A DNA stretch of 64,000 nucleotides, taken from the NCBI GenBank assembly GCA_036172245.1, contig JAYWIR010000036.1, positions 1,240,001 to 1,304,000 on the forward strand, written 5' to 3'. The stretch is from Raillietiella orientalis. Its lineage: Eukaryota. The position numbers were made by a program, and so were the translations under genes. A model generated the notes under the pieces. The model was not told the origin of the DNA. It did no database searches and saw nothing but the letters and a program-made list of their open reading frames with translations. Of the stretch, positions 1-12,214 are shown one piece after another. Every line of letters begins with the position of its first letter. The first letter of the stretch is position 1.

Positions 1-59
1 AAGAAAAGAGTGCCATTCGGGGATAAATAGGAAGCACGGGATCTTCCCGGTGTAACGAA

Positions 60-560
60 GAGCACTCGTGACTTCACGAACGCGTTCTCCTTCTGCCAGC
101 AGCACCAGCACAGAATCGAGTAGCCCCGTTAACACCCGAATGCCACGGTGCTCGTAAGGAAATTCCCGAAATTAATGAGAGATGTGCAGAAGTGCGCAGA
201 CGCCCAGATGCTGTGATGGTATGGCAGACATGCGCAGCTTCCAGCCGCGTCGTAGACGAGGAGATGAAGGCCTTGTGGATCCATGAGCCCGTGAAGGCAG
301 CCCCGCTTCAGGAAACGCCTCCATGCTGAAGGACGACTGCAAAAGTAAGATGCTGCCTGCCTCCGTCGTGCTGTCTCAGCCAAGAGGAAGAAAGCGGAAC
401 CAAAGAGGAAGACGAGATAAACGCATTTTGGTAGCCGAGGGTGGTAGTTGCGGTGGTGGGAAAAGTGCGTTCCGTGAGGGCAAGCAAGGCGCCCATCAAG
501 AATCCTCTCCCGGAGGATGGCGGCTGGCTAACCAGTGACTCCAGAGAGTTTTCAACTAGC
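60..560 (-). mobile_element. PIF/Harbinger (HARBI1-like DDE_Tnp_4) transposase remnant
   Basis: Frameshifted motifs GF.MGAL / HGTHF (cf. GAIDGTH), LLQS..(cf. ILQAVVD) and STVAFGC*RGYSIL (cf. ERAFGxLKGRFxIL). Confidence 0.5.
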
Positions 561-2749
561 AATAATCACGCCTCTCTTCCGACTTCAGACCGTGATATTG
601 CCTGTGCACAAGGTTCCGGAGAGAAAGCAGCGGCGGCCTCAGAGCAGTGTGGAGGAAAGCGGAAGCGATGGAGGGTCTCGACGCTTCCAGTACAGAGGCT
701 TATTCTGGTAGAAGACCAGCCTCAAAAGAACGCATTCCTAGCTCGAACTGAATGAGCAGTGAAAAGGACACTTAGCACTGCGCTCACAGAGATACTCGGG
801 AGGGGACCCTCGCCTCTCGCCTCACAAAGAATCACGAGGGAGGCGACTGATCTGGCCCACCTGCGGCACAAGGGTCTTTCAGAGCAAGCGCCTTCAGATG
901 ACGTCCAGCTGCTGTGACGCGTACGACCATCACCTGTGGCGTTCCTGACGCAAGCGGGAGTGCCCTCGCGTCGAGAGCAGAAGCAGTTACCGCAGCCGTT
1001 CTCGGTATGTCGTCTTACCCTGGAAAAGGTCGACTTCCTGCATCCATCTTGCTCCTCCCCTTCGTCCCTCCTTCTGGCATTGCATAGGTTTCAGTGCCTG
1101 CGTGGTATGCAGTCGCCTTTGCCCTGGAGACGGGCGAATCCCGAAAAGGAAAGGCTTCCTGGATAGCTGTATTTCGCGGGAATCTGCGGGGTGGTCAGCG
1201 GTTGCCGAAACTGGGAAGCTCGAACCCGAAGAACACGTGTCAGCACGAGGAGGACCAGTCCCGGTCCGAGGTGGTGGCAGCGGTGGCTGAATTCTTCTCG
1301 GAATACAAGAAGGGAAGCAAGAAAGTAAAGCCTCTGAAGATCGAAGTCCTCCCTCGGTGACCCCCAGGACCGGAGTAGGATTGAGAAGTTTGCAGCTGTC
1401 GCACTCGCTCCGGCATCGCCTTGACCTAGAGGTCCTGAGGGACGTCAGAATACGACATCAAGCACGGAAGGGAAGCGAAAACGGGACGAGAAGCTGAGAA
1501 GAATTTGCGGCGCCTCGTCTCGACGCGCTCCGCGATCTGCTTGAACCCGGGAAGGCGGAGAGAGGGCGTTTCCTTGGTGATCGCCGGGAACGCCCCCTTC
1601 TGCCTCGGTACGACACGCGAAAGGCGCCGTGGGCCATTGCAGCTAGGCGCAAAGTGCAAGCGACAATCATGGGAATCCTAAAAACCCCTGCTGGTGGCGA
1701 CCTTCAGGTCATGAAGCGTGACTGGACTGAGAGAAGGAGAAACCGGAAGCCGAGGGCTCCGTTGAAGCACCCCTCGCTCGGGAGGCGGCGTGTCCGGGGC
1801 TCACCTGCTGATTTACGAGATCTACCAGCGGCCAGCCCCTCCCCACGGGGCTTGGGAGTGGACAGTCGGATAACCGATGTGGATATCTGCACCTCCAACG
1901 GTCTCCGAGGTCACCCGCTGAGCGGTCTGAGCGAACCACAACTCCTTCGTCTTTCCCTCTCCGCAGTGAAGCCAACCGACGAAGCTCTCTCTCCAGGACC
2001 CGGCAGCCGACCCAGCAATTTTTGGGAATAAATCGGGAGCGCGCCCTGCACCTACAGGAGCGAGCCGAATGGTGCACGACGCCCTCCGTGGCGGGGGAGC
2101 GAGCCGCACCCGGACGCGCCTTCTCCCAGAGCTCCCCTTAGGCAGCCACACGAGTGGAAAGACGAGAGAGAAGCGTCCTCTGTAACCAAGGAGGGTCTGT
2201 AACCAAGGGAGGTCTTCCTAATTCTCGAAAGTTCGGAAGTGAGGGAGGGGTCGAGGAGGAGAACGGCAAAGTAGCTTCCCGCCTACGCGCCTCCCTCGGA
2301 AAGGAGGGACGACTGGGAAAAGCTGGAGATCTCTTGGGACCAGTGGCTCCCTGTGTGGAGGATTCTCCCCTTCACGACAAATCCTCCGGTGCACAACAGG
2401 TCTATCCGTGTGAGACTGTTGACCTTTTTGGGGCTGCTGCTTGCGTCCCGGATCTGACTCTGGAAGCTCCAGGACAGGAAGAGCCGGTGTCCTTCTGCAG
2501 TGAACCTCGTGATAAAGCAGATCTTCGTGAGGCCAGTAGCCGTGCTGGGAGGATCTTTTCCTGTGCGAAAGGTCCTCCCCGTGTAGAGTCCACCTTCATG
2601 AAGGACGCTCTTGTAAAAAGCGAAAAACAAATTTTCCTCCCGGTTTTCGTGATGAACAGCCATAGTTTCACAGGGATAGAATTCCACCCATCCCATTCTC
2701 AGCAAGAGGTTTCCCAGCAAACCTGCGAGAAGTATCCTTTGCTGTTGCG

Positions 2750-3420
2750 CAGAGGACTTTGGGGAATTCCGAGAGAACCTCTTGGAAACTCGCTCAGCAA
2801 CTCTTTCACGTACTCGTCACGCCGACAGGCAGAAGTCCTAGGTCAGCAGTCGATGTCTCGATGTCTTCGAGTCCGAATGGAATGGTCGTTGATTCCTCGA
2901 CCAAAGAAGGCCTTAGTCCCCCAGTATATGGTTAAAGAAAAGATCGATTGCAGTTTCTGAAGCCCTCGAGATCACTTTGCCTCCGCCCTGAAGGATCGAG
3001 GAACTTTCCTTGTGTATACAGGAGCGTGGTCGCGAAGCATCACTCTTTGCCTCCTTGCGTGACTACATCGAAGAACTGGTTGCAGCTGGAATTGACCATC
3101 CAGAAGTTGTAATCTTTCACGAGTCCACAGCAAGAAGACTGATGCGGGAACTCCGGGGATCCCTGCATCCACAGGCTCTTACGACCTTCCTGCACCCAGG
3201 TATTCAGAGTGCTGTTCCTGAACGCAGTCAGGGTTGCTGGATCCAGAGTACTTCAGAGGAGGCTGAGTCGAACCTTCTCAGAAAGTTCCGGGCATTCCTG
3301 TTATGGGAACGTGCATTTAAAGCTCCTACCAACTGTGCTGCCCGATGAAGACTAGTAGTGGCAAGGTTCGTAGGAACGCATAATTCTCTCGTGAATGTCG
3401 CAGCGAAGACACTCTCACCC
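2750..3420 (-). mobile_element. Tc1/mariner-like transposase remnant
   Basis: TRELCV..TTSLHR (HTH-like), LRDHAPVYTRKV (cf. QDxAPxHT) and a degenerate SPDxNPxD..WG region. Confidence 0.35.
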
Positions 3421-3429
3421 TTCTTTCGA

Positions 3430-4400
3430 TGGGCTTCTTTCTAGCAAAATGGGATAGCTTCTTGACCTTCTCCGATTCAAGCTCGTCCAGTGCTCAAGTC
3501 TGCAGAATCACACTGGATCACCCTTGGCGTGCAAAGGGTCTTGCATCCCGAGGCATTTATCACAAAAAAATGAGTGCTAGAATGGCTCCTGTGCGAGACA
3601 ATGAATCTGTGATTCCTGTGCGAGTTGGATGCGATCTTCTCTGCTCCCCCTTCTTTACTCTCCAGCATAAGGAGGCGTCTGTGCAGGCGACAGCTCGACT
3701 GCACAGCCTAAGACCTCCATGCTGTGCCCGCAACATGCAGTCGTCGTCGCCGAGACATGCAAAGTTCGTCGAGCACACAAAGAAAGGAATCAGCAAGTTT
3801 CGTAGAGTGTCCTTCGGATGCAGGAGCTCTGAGTCAAGACGTGTATTGAAGATGGGAAGACTATCAAAGCAAGGCTTTAGTCCGCAGTGTGGAAGGAGGG
3901 GCATTTTGGCATTCCAGGCACAAGACGAAAGGGCGCTTCTCCCAACAGAAGCTTTTGATGCTCACCACACCAGAAGATCCACTGCAGAAAGAGCACCCCC
4001 GCATGTCGCCACTTCAAGGAAAGAGAATGGTTGAATGTGAAAATCCTCTGAAAGGCTGCATAACTATTTACAGTGGCCCTCCGCAGCTTCATGCTGGAAA
4101 TTCCGCGATGCTGGTACGTCATGGTTCTCATGATGGTCTGCACGTAGTCGGGTAGGGAGTCATGAAGTCCTTCCTTATCCAGATTCTCCTCCTCTTTCTC
4201 GATGTTCCCTCGTAGGAGGAACAGGATCTTACGAAGGCACTGGATTCTTCGATAGCAATCCATGGGATTTTCCAAGTCTTCGGCGTAAAACTAGGGACCA
4301 TCCACTGAGAAGCGCACTGATCCTTGGAGTCTTCAGGGAGAAGGATAGAGTTTCTATCAAACATAACATGAAGAAACATACAAAGAGGTGCGCAAGCTTG
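3430..4400 (+). mobile_element. SWIM/YqaJ exonuclease ORF remnant (ISL2EU-like Harbinger-group transposon)
   Basis: FWHSRHKTKGRFSQ (cf. W...RxGRITAS), HGSHDGLHV (cf. LGASPDGLV), QIHGIFQVFG (cf. YQVQGQL). Confidence 0.5.
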
Positions 4401-4790
4401 CCTAGCAACCAATCCACACACCGACCGCAAGAGAAGATGCATTGGTCTCCATGACCTGCGAAAATAGAGCTGAAAACTTCGCAGGTGGCAGCTGCTTCAA
4501 TTTCTTCATATCGTTAGATCAGAAGGTCAGTTTCTTCTCCAGAAAGAAATACGAGCCTCGACAGTGGGCGGATGGTGACTCGGCAAGGTTCATGTCCTAA
4601 TCGATCACAGGACAGTTTGTACTTCGCAGAGGTGATGTGCGGATCTGTGAGAGCTGGAGACCAGATTCCAGGCGTGCCAAGACAATTTGGATCCGGATAC
4701 TTCACAAGCGCATGAGAAGAAAGCCTAAAGCTGTCTACGCACTTAAAGATGATCTTCCTGATGGAAAGGCATCGTGACCAGGGAGAAATG
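4330..4790 (-). mobile_element. ISL2EU-like DDE_Tnp_4 transposase C-terminal remnant, convergent with the YqaJ ORF
   Basis: VKYPDPN..GIWSPALTDPHITS (cf. KYLIGI.P.G.I...SD..IT), EAAATCEVFSSIF, LGKLAHLFVCFFMLCL (cf. LD.IV.VCAALCNL). Confidence 0.5.
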
Positions 4791-4852
4791 ATTTCCAGGT
4801 CGGTACCAAGCTCCCAACCACTTCCTTCCCAGCGGAGACCGCGCGAGGTATT

Positions 4853-5556
4853 CGTGGCCTGGCAAGGACGACCTTGGCCACTGCATCCGCAGTCACATCG
4901 CAGAGACCTCCTCGGCAACACGGGGAAGACGTGCTGCTAGCTCGAGCCGGAGAACTTGAGATCCTGGAAGAGTTCTGTACAGAGAACGAGGAACGAGGGG
5001 TCGGGTCCACCCGACTTCCACCTCTGCGAAGCTAGAAGGATGCTAGAGGGACCGAGATCCGTCACCCGGAAACGGATCCCGGACTTCTGAACCTGCCTCG
5101 GAAGGCCACTCGGCCCTGCAACTCTTCCACGTCCAGTCAACAAAGCGGGCCGTCATCTTAGCCACGGACGGCGGTCGTCATCCTTTTTAGTTGGTCCACT
5201 CACCTGCCGTGGCGATGGATGGATGGGGATGGTACGCGCGGCTGCTGCTGGTGACATGATGCTAGAACCCTCGCCCAAACTGCGGCGGACGCCTCTTCTG
5301 GCGGATGTGACTCGTACGGGCACAGGGTTTAAAGGAGCCGCGTACACGGATCGGCAGTCCCTCTAGAATCCTTCTAGCTTCGCAGAGGTGGAAGTCGGGT
5401 GGACCCGACCCCTCGTTCCTCGTTCTCTGTACAGAACTCTTCCAGGATCTCAAGTTCTCCGGCTCGAGCTAGCAGCACGTCTTCCCCGTGTTGCCGAGGA
5501 GGTCTCTGCGATGTGGCTGCGGATGCAGTGGCCAAGGTCGTCCTTGCCAGGCCACG
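4853..5556. repeat. Inverted repeat: 200-bp arms 4853-5052 and 5357-5556, 304-bp spacer
   Basis: Arms are reverse complements with 2 mismatches by direct reading; the ORF track shows the same peptide MDPTPRSSFSVQNSSRISS on both strands. Confidence 0.97.
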
Positions 5557-5600
5557 GCAGAGCGTAGCTGGACGGCTGGCGCCCCCACAACCAGCAGTCC
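5260..5600 (-). mobile_element. THAP zinc-finger coding remnant (5' part of the same ISL2EU-like element)
   Basis: SWKSSVQRTRNEGSGPPDFHLCEA...SFKPCARTS resembles the THAP pattern W...V.R...W.P...LCS.HF...LKP.AVP. Confidence 0.45.
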
Positions 5601-6859
5601 GCCTATACGAAAGTCGATGCGTTTTTCTTTGTGGGTCGTGGGTGACTCTAGTCTCTCCAGCGTCCTCAGCTGCAGCTGGCAGAGGGCCGTTCCGTCGAAT
5701 GGGTGACCGACGAACCGATCCCCGGAGCAAATCTCAGCCTCCGCGTGACCTAATCCGGTCTTGCAAGGCGGCGAATGGGCGGGTGATCCTCCCCGACGTC
5801 GCCTGCTCTTTGGGAAGGCAGTGCCGCAGCCCTATAAGGCTGCAAGGAGAGAAGAGAGAGAGTAGGTACTGGGATCTCTGCCTACCTGGGGGGGTGGTCC
5901 GGTCAAGCCACAGTCGTAGAAGCATGGCGGAGCTCCGGGGAACTCGTAGGTCCGACGGGACGCTCCGAGAACGGCAAGAAGAGGGTGGACGAAGTGAAAC
6001 CACGGGAGCGCGAGGGGCATGCGGAGCCATCACTGTGAGGAGAGCACATCGTGCCAAATCCACTCTGGCATTCCTCTCGCTCTCATCAGGAAGCGTTCCA
6101 GGGTTCCTGTGTCAAGCGCCACTGGGACCACATTCTGCCGGAAGGCAACTGACATTTGCCCGTAGGGAATGCAGCTCTGCTGCCAAGAAGCTGCCGAACG
6201 CTCGAATCACCTCGCTCTGCCCTTCATCTTTTGTTCGGGAGACGCCTTCTGAGGTCGTAGATCCTCTGAGGGTACTTTGACCAGTTGCATCCAGGTGCCA
6301 AGCGCTTTCTGCCTCTATGAATGGCGTTTGCAGGCAGCAGGGGATCCGGTGGTGCTCTTCGAGAAGTGGAGGCTGCGTTCCTCAGCGAAAAGATAGAGGG
6401 CTCTATCCTTCTGAGGCTTGCTGGGCGGGCTCCTCTATGGATTGTGCAGACCGATGTGGATGCATTTGTCTCCCAGAATCAAAAGGAGGTGAAAAATGCT
6501 CGGCCGGAATGCCTTCCCTGAGGAGTCTTGAGGCGGACTTTCCTCGAGCGGCGTGTAACCGTGCGTGACTGGACGGTGGCCATCGAATAGCGAGAGGTGA
6601 CAGCGCTGGAACCTGCAGCTCGACGCTGCACACGAAGAAGACTCTCCCCTTCCAAGAGGAAACTTTTCTCCACGGGCTCTAGATGCTTCCTTCTTCAGAT
6701 CCCATGGAAGCTGCCGACTTCCACGGGCAGAGAAGGCGGTGGTGACCGTGGAATTAGGGATCCCGTAAGAAAGAGGCATTAAGCGCGGGATACGCTAAAT
6801 CTCCAAGCCGACGTCGAGTCATAGGAAGGGGGAATGGGAAAGATACCTCCCCGTTTCAC

Positions 6860-7900
6860 TTTTGTGGTTCCAGGTGGGAGGAATCTGGATGCCGAGCACT
6901 CCCATCTCGCGTAAAGCGATGCCCATCAAGAGGGAGCAGTGGCTTTCCTTAGGACGTCTCTTGAGCAGCTCATCGAGGAGGCAAAATCGCAAAGAAGCGA
7001 CTGATCGGGCGGAGGAAATAGGGCCGCAAAAAAGGAGAGCGTGGCAAACACAGGAAGAGGGGCGCGGCGTGCAAGGCGGCGAGTTGATGCCGACTCGTTC
7101 TGTTCGTCCTCTTCCTTCCTCCCGAAAGGAGTATGCTCTCGCACATAGTCCTCTAGACCTCCGCTTTTCTGAAGGAAAGAACGTGCGCGGCATGTAGAAG
7201 CGTGGAAGAGGACAGCCTCTTGTCCTGAAGGCAGTCGTAGACTTTCCTTACGGAGGAGGAGGTGGAGTCAAGATGGGGCGATCTGCTGGCAGAAGCACTG
7301 CGGTCCCGGCAATTCCCCGACTACGCGGGCTCCAAGGTCGGCGAAAGACTGGCTGGAAGTAGGGTGGCACGTGGCAAGTTTGTGCGCGTTGAGATGTTTC
7401 GTGGACGACCCAGCCTCCTCCCTTCAGTGCCCCTTTTGTTTCTTCTCTTGAAGACGCAGGACGAGGCGTGGACACCAGGGTAGCCGCATCCGTAGCCGCG
7501 GCTGGTGCTAAGGATGGGCGCATAGCGGAAGCACGGAGTTCGGGGATGCTAAACTCTGTAGAAGATGGGGAGTTGCCGCCGTGGAGGCTCTCACGTGCTA
7601 GGGGAGGAGAAGTCTCGCTGCATCTGTGGTGTTGGGTCGTCCGCTTTTGATTGCGTCCCTTGGCGTTTGAGTTCTTCCCTTGAGACAACCGATATCGGAA
7701 CCGAGCTCTCCTGGGGGTCTTCAAGGAGACCACGTCTCTTCTTCCCTATGCTGCTAGACCAAAGGACCTCCCGTCGCTACGGAGGCATCCGAGCGCTAGG
7801 GTGCCATCTGGAGACGACTCTTCACCCTAAGGATACGCCGCCGCTTCTCCGGCCGCTGAGACGGAGGAGTGCAGACACCCCCTCTTCTTTCTTTCTGCCT
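6860..7900 (+). mobile_element. LINE (Tx1/L1-like) reverse transcriptase remnant
   Basis: MFRGRPSLLPSVPLLFLL (cf. RQGCPLSPLLF) and IRALGCHL (thumb K.LG motif); frameshifted. Confidence 0.4.
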
Positions 7901-9029
7901 CATGAAGTCACTTCAGGGAGCACCCTCTTTCCTTGGGCCCTTCCCAGAAGGCAGAGACGACCTCTCGCTCGCCGGCGACCCGACCGCAGCAGCGTAGCGC
8001 GTCGTTTCTTCTCGGGGAACTCGGAATCCTCGACTCCAGCGTTCCTTTCCTCGTCTCCCTCCTTTTGTGTGTTTTCCCTGTCGGGTGCGGGGAAATTTTC
8101 TTGGTTGCGTGCACCTCCCCAACACCTGCGCACCGTTGCAGCATTGGGATGACGCAGCTTCCGAAGCTCAAGGCTGATTATAAAAATGCCGGTCCATCAT
8201 TGGATGCGGGTAACGGAATCTGCACTTCCGCTGATTGCAGGCAGGCGATGTTTCACCCACATTAATTATTTTCTTGGTTTTTCCCGGGATCTCCGCACAA
8301 GGGAGCGGAGCTGCTTCCCGATCCTCCGTCAAGGAAGATGATTGCCGACATGGGATGCTGCCTTCCACCATCTAGCCGGGCGCCGCGAATGGCGCTTGTT
8401 GATTTCAATCGCGAGAGGTAGCTGCTCCCTTGATGAGGCTGGAGGGAAGGGAGAAATTTTTTATTTCTGCGATCATGCTGAGAGAGAGGAGGAGGAGGAG
8501 GAAGAGACGCAGCCTTTGGACCAACGCAACAATTTGTGTGCCCATCTCGGTAGTTAGCGTAAAGAAATGGAATCCTCGAGCGGACTCGAGGAGCTTCCGG
8601 AGAAGGGATCCTCCTGCCGCTCGCGTGAGCATGCTCCCGGAAGATCTGGACGCTCTCATCTGCCTCTCCCGCCGTCGTCCCGCTCCATGCCGGAAGCGCG
8701 CGGAGACCGCGCGAGGCGGAACGTCTCTCCCGTGCTTGCATTTCGAGAACGACGTGACATAGGGAACGACTGATGCTCATCTTGCGCTCCGCTTGAGGGT
8801 GTGGTCTCCCTCTCACCCGACCTTCTCCTGCAGCCGCTTAGGGATGTCTGGTTCCTCTTCTGTCTCCTGGATGTCCCGAGAGCACTCGCTCTTGCGACAC
8901 CCCACCTCCTCTTTCGCCTCGCCTCCTCCGCTGCTTCGTCTAGAAGACCCTTAGGGGCAGATCGGGCCCCGCCGCCGTCGCCTTCCCGTCGCCCCGGAGC
9001 CCCACTTTCCCTGAATGGCTCTCCTGGCG

Positions 9030-10741
9030 CGTTCCCCCCGACTGCGGTGCTCCCCTCCCGGATGCAATGACCGAGCACCTCCGTACCTCACAAATGGAAG
9101 ATCCGCAGAAGGAAGGGGACGGAGGACCCTCGCACGCAGCAAGCGAGTACGCGCACCTGGCGACGCGCTCTCTCTCGAATGCCTCGTTGCCGGCCGCCGA
9201 AAGAAACGCCGGAGTACGTCTTTCGGGCCCGCAGGTGCGCGCGGACGACACGGGAGCTCCTGCCCGACGGAACGCAAGGACGCGCCTTTAGCCGCCGCCA
9301 CTGCCACTTCCGTGTGGAGTTTCGAGCGCGCCCCGAAAGAGCAGGTGCATGAGAGCGCATCGGGATGGCAGGGCGCGATGCCAGTGCGCGTACGCAGCGG
9401 TATGATACTCGGTGCGCGCAGGCAACCCTCGGAAGACAACCCTGCGCAACAGTGGCGCTCCTCTGCACGACGTGAGCGGCGTTGCTGGCACGCGGCCTGG
9501 CGTAGCAGGGCAGCACGCTTCCCCCCCGCACCGTAGATGCGCGGGGGTAGACTCTGTGAACAGCGGGCTCGAACCTCCAGCAAGGAGCAGGGAGGAACGC
9601 GAGAAGACAGAAGAGGAAGGGAATGGAAAGGAAGAACGAAGAATGCGCTCCACTCGCGCAAACTGCAGACGCGCGAGCGCCGTTCCCTGATCCTGAGAGG
9701 TTGGCAGCGACCTGCTTCACAGGCATCCCGGCATTAGCAATACAGGAAGAGAGGAAAAGCGGATCCTCTCTCAAGACCTACACATCAAAGCTAAAAAGTT
9801 CAGCTTCATTTCTCCCATTCCTCAAGATGCTGAAGTCCGATCCAGGTGAAACCTCGGGCGACGAAACAGTAGTCCCTTCCTCCCTTCGTTGCAAGATTCC
9901 TCATCTTGAACGTCGACGCGCACCCTCTCCTCACCGCCCTGCGCCGCTTCCAGCTCAACAGCGTTGGCGCCGGTGGCCATGCGGCAGCATTGGGAATTTA
10001 CCCACAGGCGGGTGAGGATCACATTAGGCAGCAAAAAGCTCAGTGAGAATTCCCCTCTTAGCACCCAAGGCAACATGGAAGAGGGGGCAAACCGCGCTTC
10101 ACAGGAGTTTCCAGCAGTCTGGGGGGGGGGGGAAGGAGGAAGTTTTGACCTTCCGAAGCGGCGCATCGTCCAACTATTCAGCCCTGCGCTTTCTGCTTTA
10201 GCGAGATGTCCATCAGGTGTGCACGGAATCTTTGGATGGACTGAGGTCTTTCGTGACAGGCATCGTCGGTCACCATCGCTCCGGGAATCCGAGAACAGCC
10301 ACGTGCCTGCGTGCTCCTTGAAGGCTGTTTTCAGGATGTTGTCGTCCTCGCTCGGATCGAGAAGGATGCAGCGCCGATCACCTCCTCACCGGTCGTCTGG
10401 TCTCGTAGCCGAAAGCCATCAGCCGGGCAGATGCCCACTGTTCCCACAAGAGCAGTTGTGTGGCCCAGTCCACTTTGACTGATGTCTTTTCGCATGCGGG
10501 ACGATTTTCCATCCGGGATGCTAGCAGGAAAAAGATTCGAGCACCAATGCGTTTGTCCGGCATCCTTCTCTAAGCTCAGGGACAAACCCGTTCCCCCCGA
10601 CGGTGGTGCTCCCCTCCCGGATGCAATGACCGAGCACCTCCGTACCTCACAAATGGAAGATCCGCAGAAGGAAGGGGACGGAGGACCCTCGCACGCAGCA
10701 AGCGAGTACGCGCACCTGGCGACGCGCTCTCTCTCGAATGC
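9030..10741 (+). repeat. Direct repeat, 153 bp: copies 9030-9182 and 10589-10741
   Basis: CGTTCCCCCCGAC...CTCTCTCGAATGC occurs twice with 2 mismatches; the peptide MTEHLRTSQMEDPQKEG appears twice in the ORF track. Confidence 0.97.
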
Positions 10742-11220
10742 TCTCTGAGAGAGACGTCAATGTGCTCTTAAAGCATTGGATTCCCGAACTGTACCTTTGT
10801 GGGCACCCGTGACCTCCTCTGGCATCCACTGTCACAGGGAAACATCTGATGTGCGGAGAAACAAACGTCGTGAGAGCGTGACCTGGGATGACCCCGAAGC
10901 AACTAGCTGAGAAATACAGCTGACAAATACAATCCTGTCCCCAGATCATCGTCAAGCCCTTACGTAACGAGGAAGCGGTACGAGTTGGGAGTCTGTGGCC
11001 CACGGACAACCAGCGCGTGTGATGGGGGCAGATGGGAGACAACGTGAGCTTCTTTTCTAGCGGTCGAAACGGCCGAAGCATTCACGAACGAGAAAGGAGC
11101 AAGCACGGGACGGAGGGCTGTGACCCTTCCAAGATCTTGAGTACCAAGGGCTCCACAAGTTTCCGTTCATATGTTCCAGATGGACCACGGACTGGGGGGC
11201 AGAAGGAAATGAAATGGCCC
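10742..11220 (-). mobile_element. ISL2EU-like DDE_Tnp_4 transposase remnant
   Basis: TRTASSLRKGLTMIWGQD (cf. ERPSSL..Q..WS.YK) and FGVIPGHALTTFVSP (cf. IGITP.G.ITFVS). Confidence 0.5.
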
Positions 11221-12214
11221 TTTAGACAGATCTGGAACTGAGATATCTCCGAAGAGAGGCTGAAGTCGGGCTGGCCAAAGGCCTTTCATGCGCGTTCGGC
11301 CACTGGGCAGTGCCATCAGGAGAAGAAAGAATTTTTGAAGCCGGCAGCAGATGAAGGCGGATTCTGGGAAGGCTCCAAGATCGAGAAATTTCCCCTTTTG
11401 GGGAGCTCAGGGGGAAAAAAGAGCGGAAGACATGCAGCTGAAAGGGATGCACCACGGGTTGATCCTTCTGCAGCGCCGCATGATTGCAGCGAGTGGAATT
11501 CTCATGGCACCTCGAGACTATTCGAAGACAAAGGAAACTCAGCTTTCGGGTGGAAAACAAAAAAAAAGAAAGCAAGAAGGAAAGAAGGAAAAAGAGCGAA
11601 GAAATGGGGGGACTCCTTCCCTCGGTTGAGCTACGAAAATTCCGCAGGAGCAGTCGGAAGAGATTCAGAAACAATGCGTTTATGAAACAAGAGACACAAG
11701 GATGCTAATGGCAGCCATTGCAAATGCCCCAAGAGGAAATGCAACCCTCATCATCAGAGCAAACAAACTCCTTTTCTGCAGGATCAACTCCGCGGCGAAG
11801 GAGCATACACGGAGGAGAGCCTTCCGAGTGGCGCGTCTCCACCGCCGCAGCAGCTCGCGGAACAAAAGGAGCGGTAGCGTGCAAGAAGAATCCACGCAAC
11901 GGAGCTATCGAACGAGGGGGAAGAATCAAGAAAAGGAGAACAGCGGCTAATAAGGACAATGAAATGGTGTGGATCAGACGGAGGGAATTCTTCGGATGCC
12001 GACTCTCCAGAAGTGGCATTTCCCGCCGTCTCCTTGAAAAGGGTTCAAGAAACACTCGAAAGGAGAAGAAAAATTCCCGAGAATCCTGCAGCGAGCCTTT
12101 CGACGGTTGTGAAGGGGCAAGGATGAGGCCAAAGAGCTCACTTTGTCGTTGCTGCTGCAGAGCATGAGGGTGCGGCAGGAGCAACGACGAAAAGGAAGGA
12201 GATCAGTTGAGTGG

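Noticed and set aside
2179..2215. Short tandem duplication TCTGTAACCAAGG x2 (also GAATCAACTCC x2 near 12283-12311)
   Set aside because: Ordinary slippage duplications within decayed repeats
4514..4700. Initial Tc1 HTH reading of DPHITSAK..CRVTIR
   Set aside because: The flanking motifs fit a DDE_Tnp_4 (ISL2EU-like) C-terminus better
6321..6521. QTDVDAFVSQNQK resembling the DIRS methyltransferase-like motif
   Set aside because: A single short motif with no supporting RT, RNase H or recombinase remnants
9030..10741. LTR retrotransposon, TRIM or DIRS split-repeat interpretation of the direct repeat
   Set aside because: No TG..CA ends, PBS, PPT, TSD or gag/pol/tyrosine recombinase motifs between the copies
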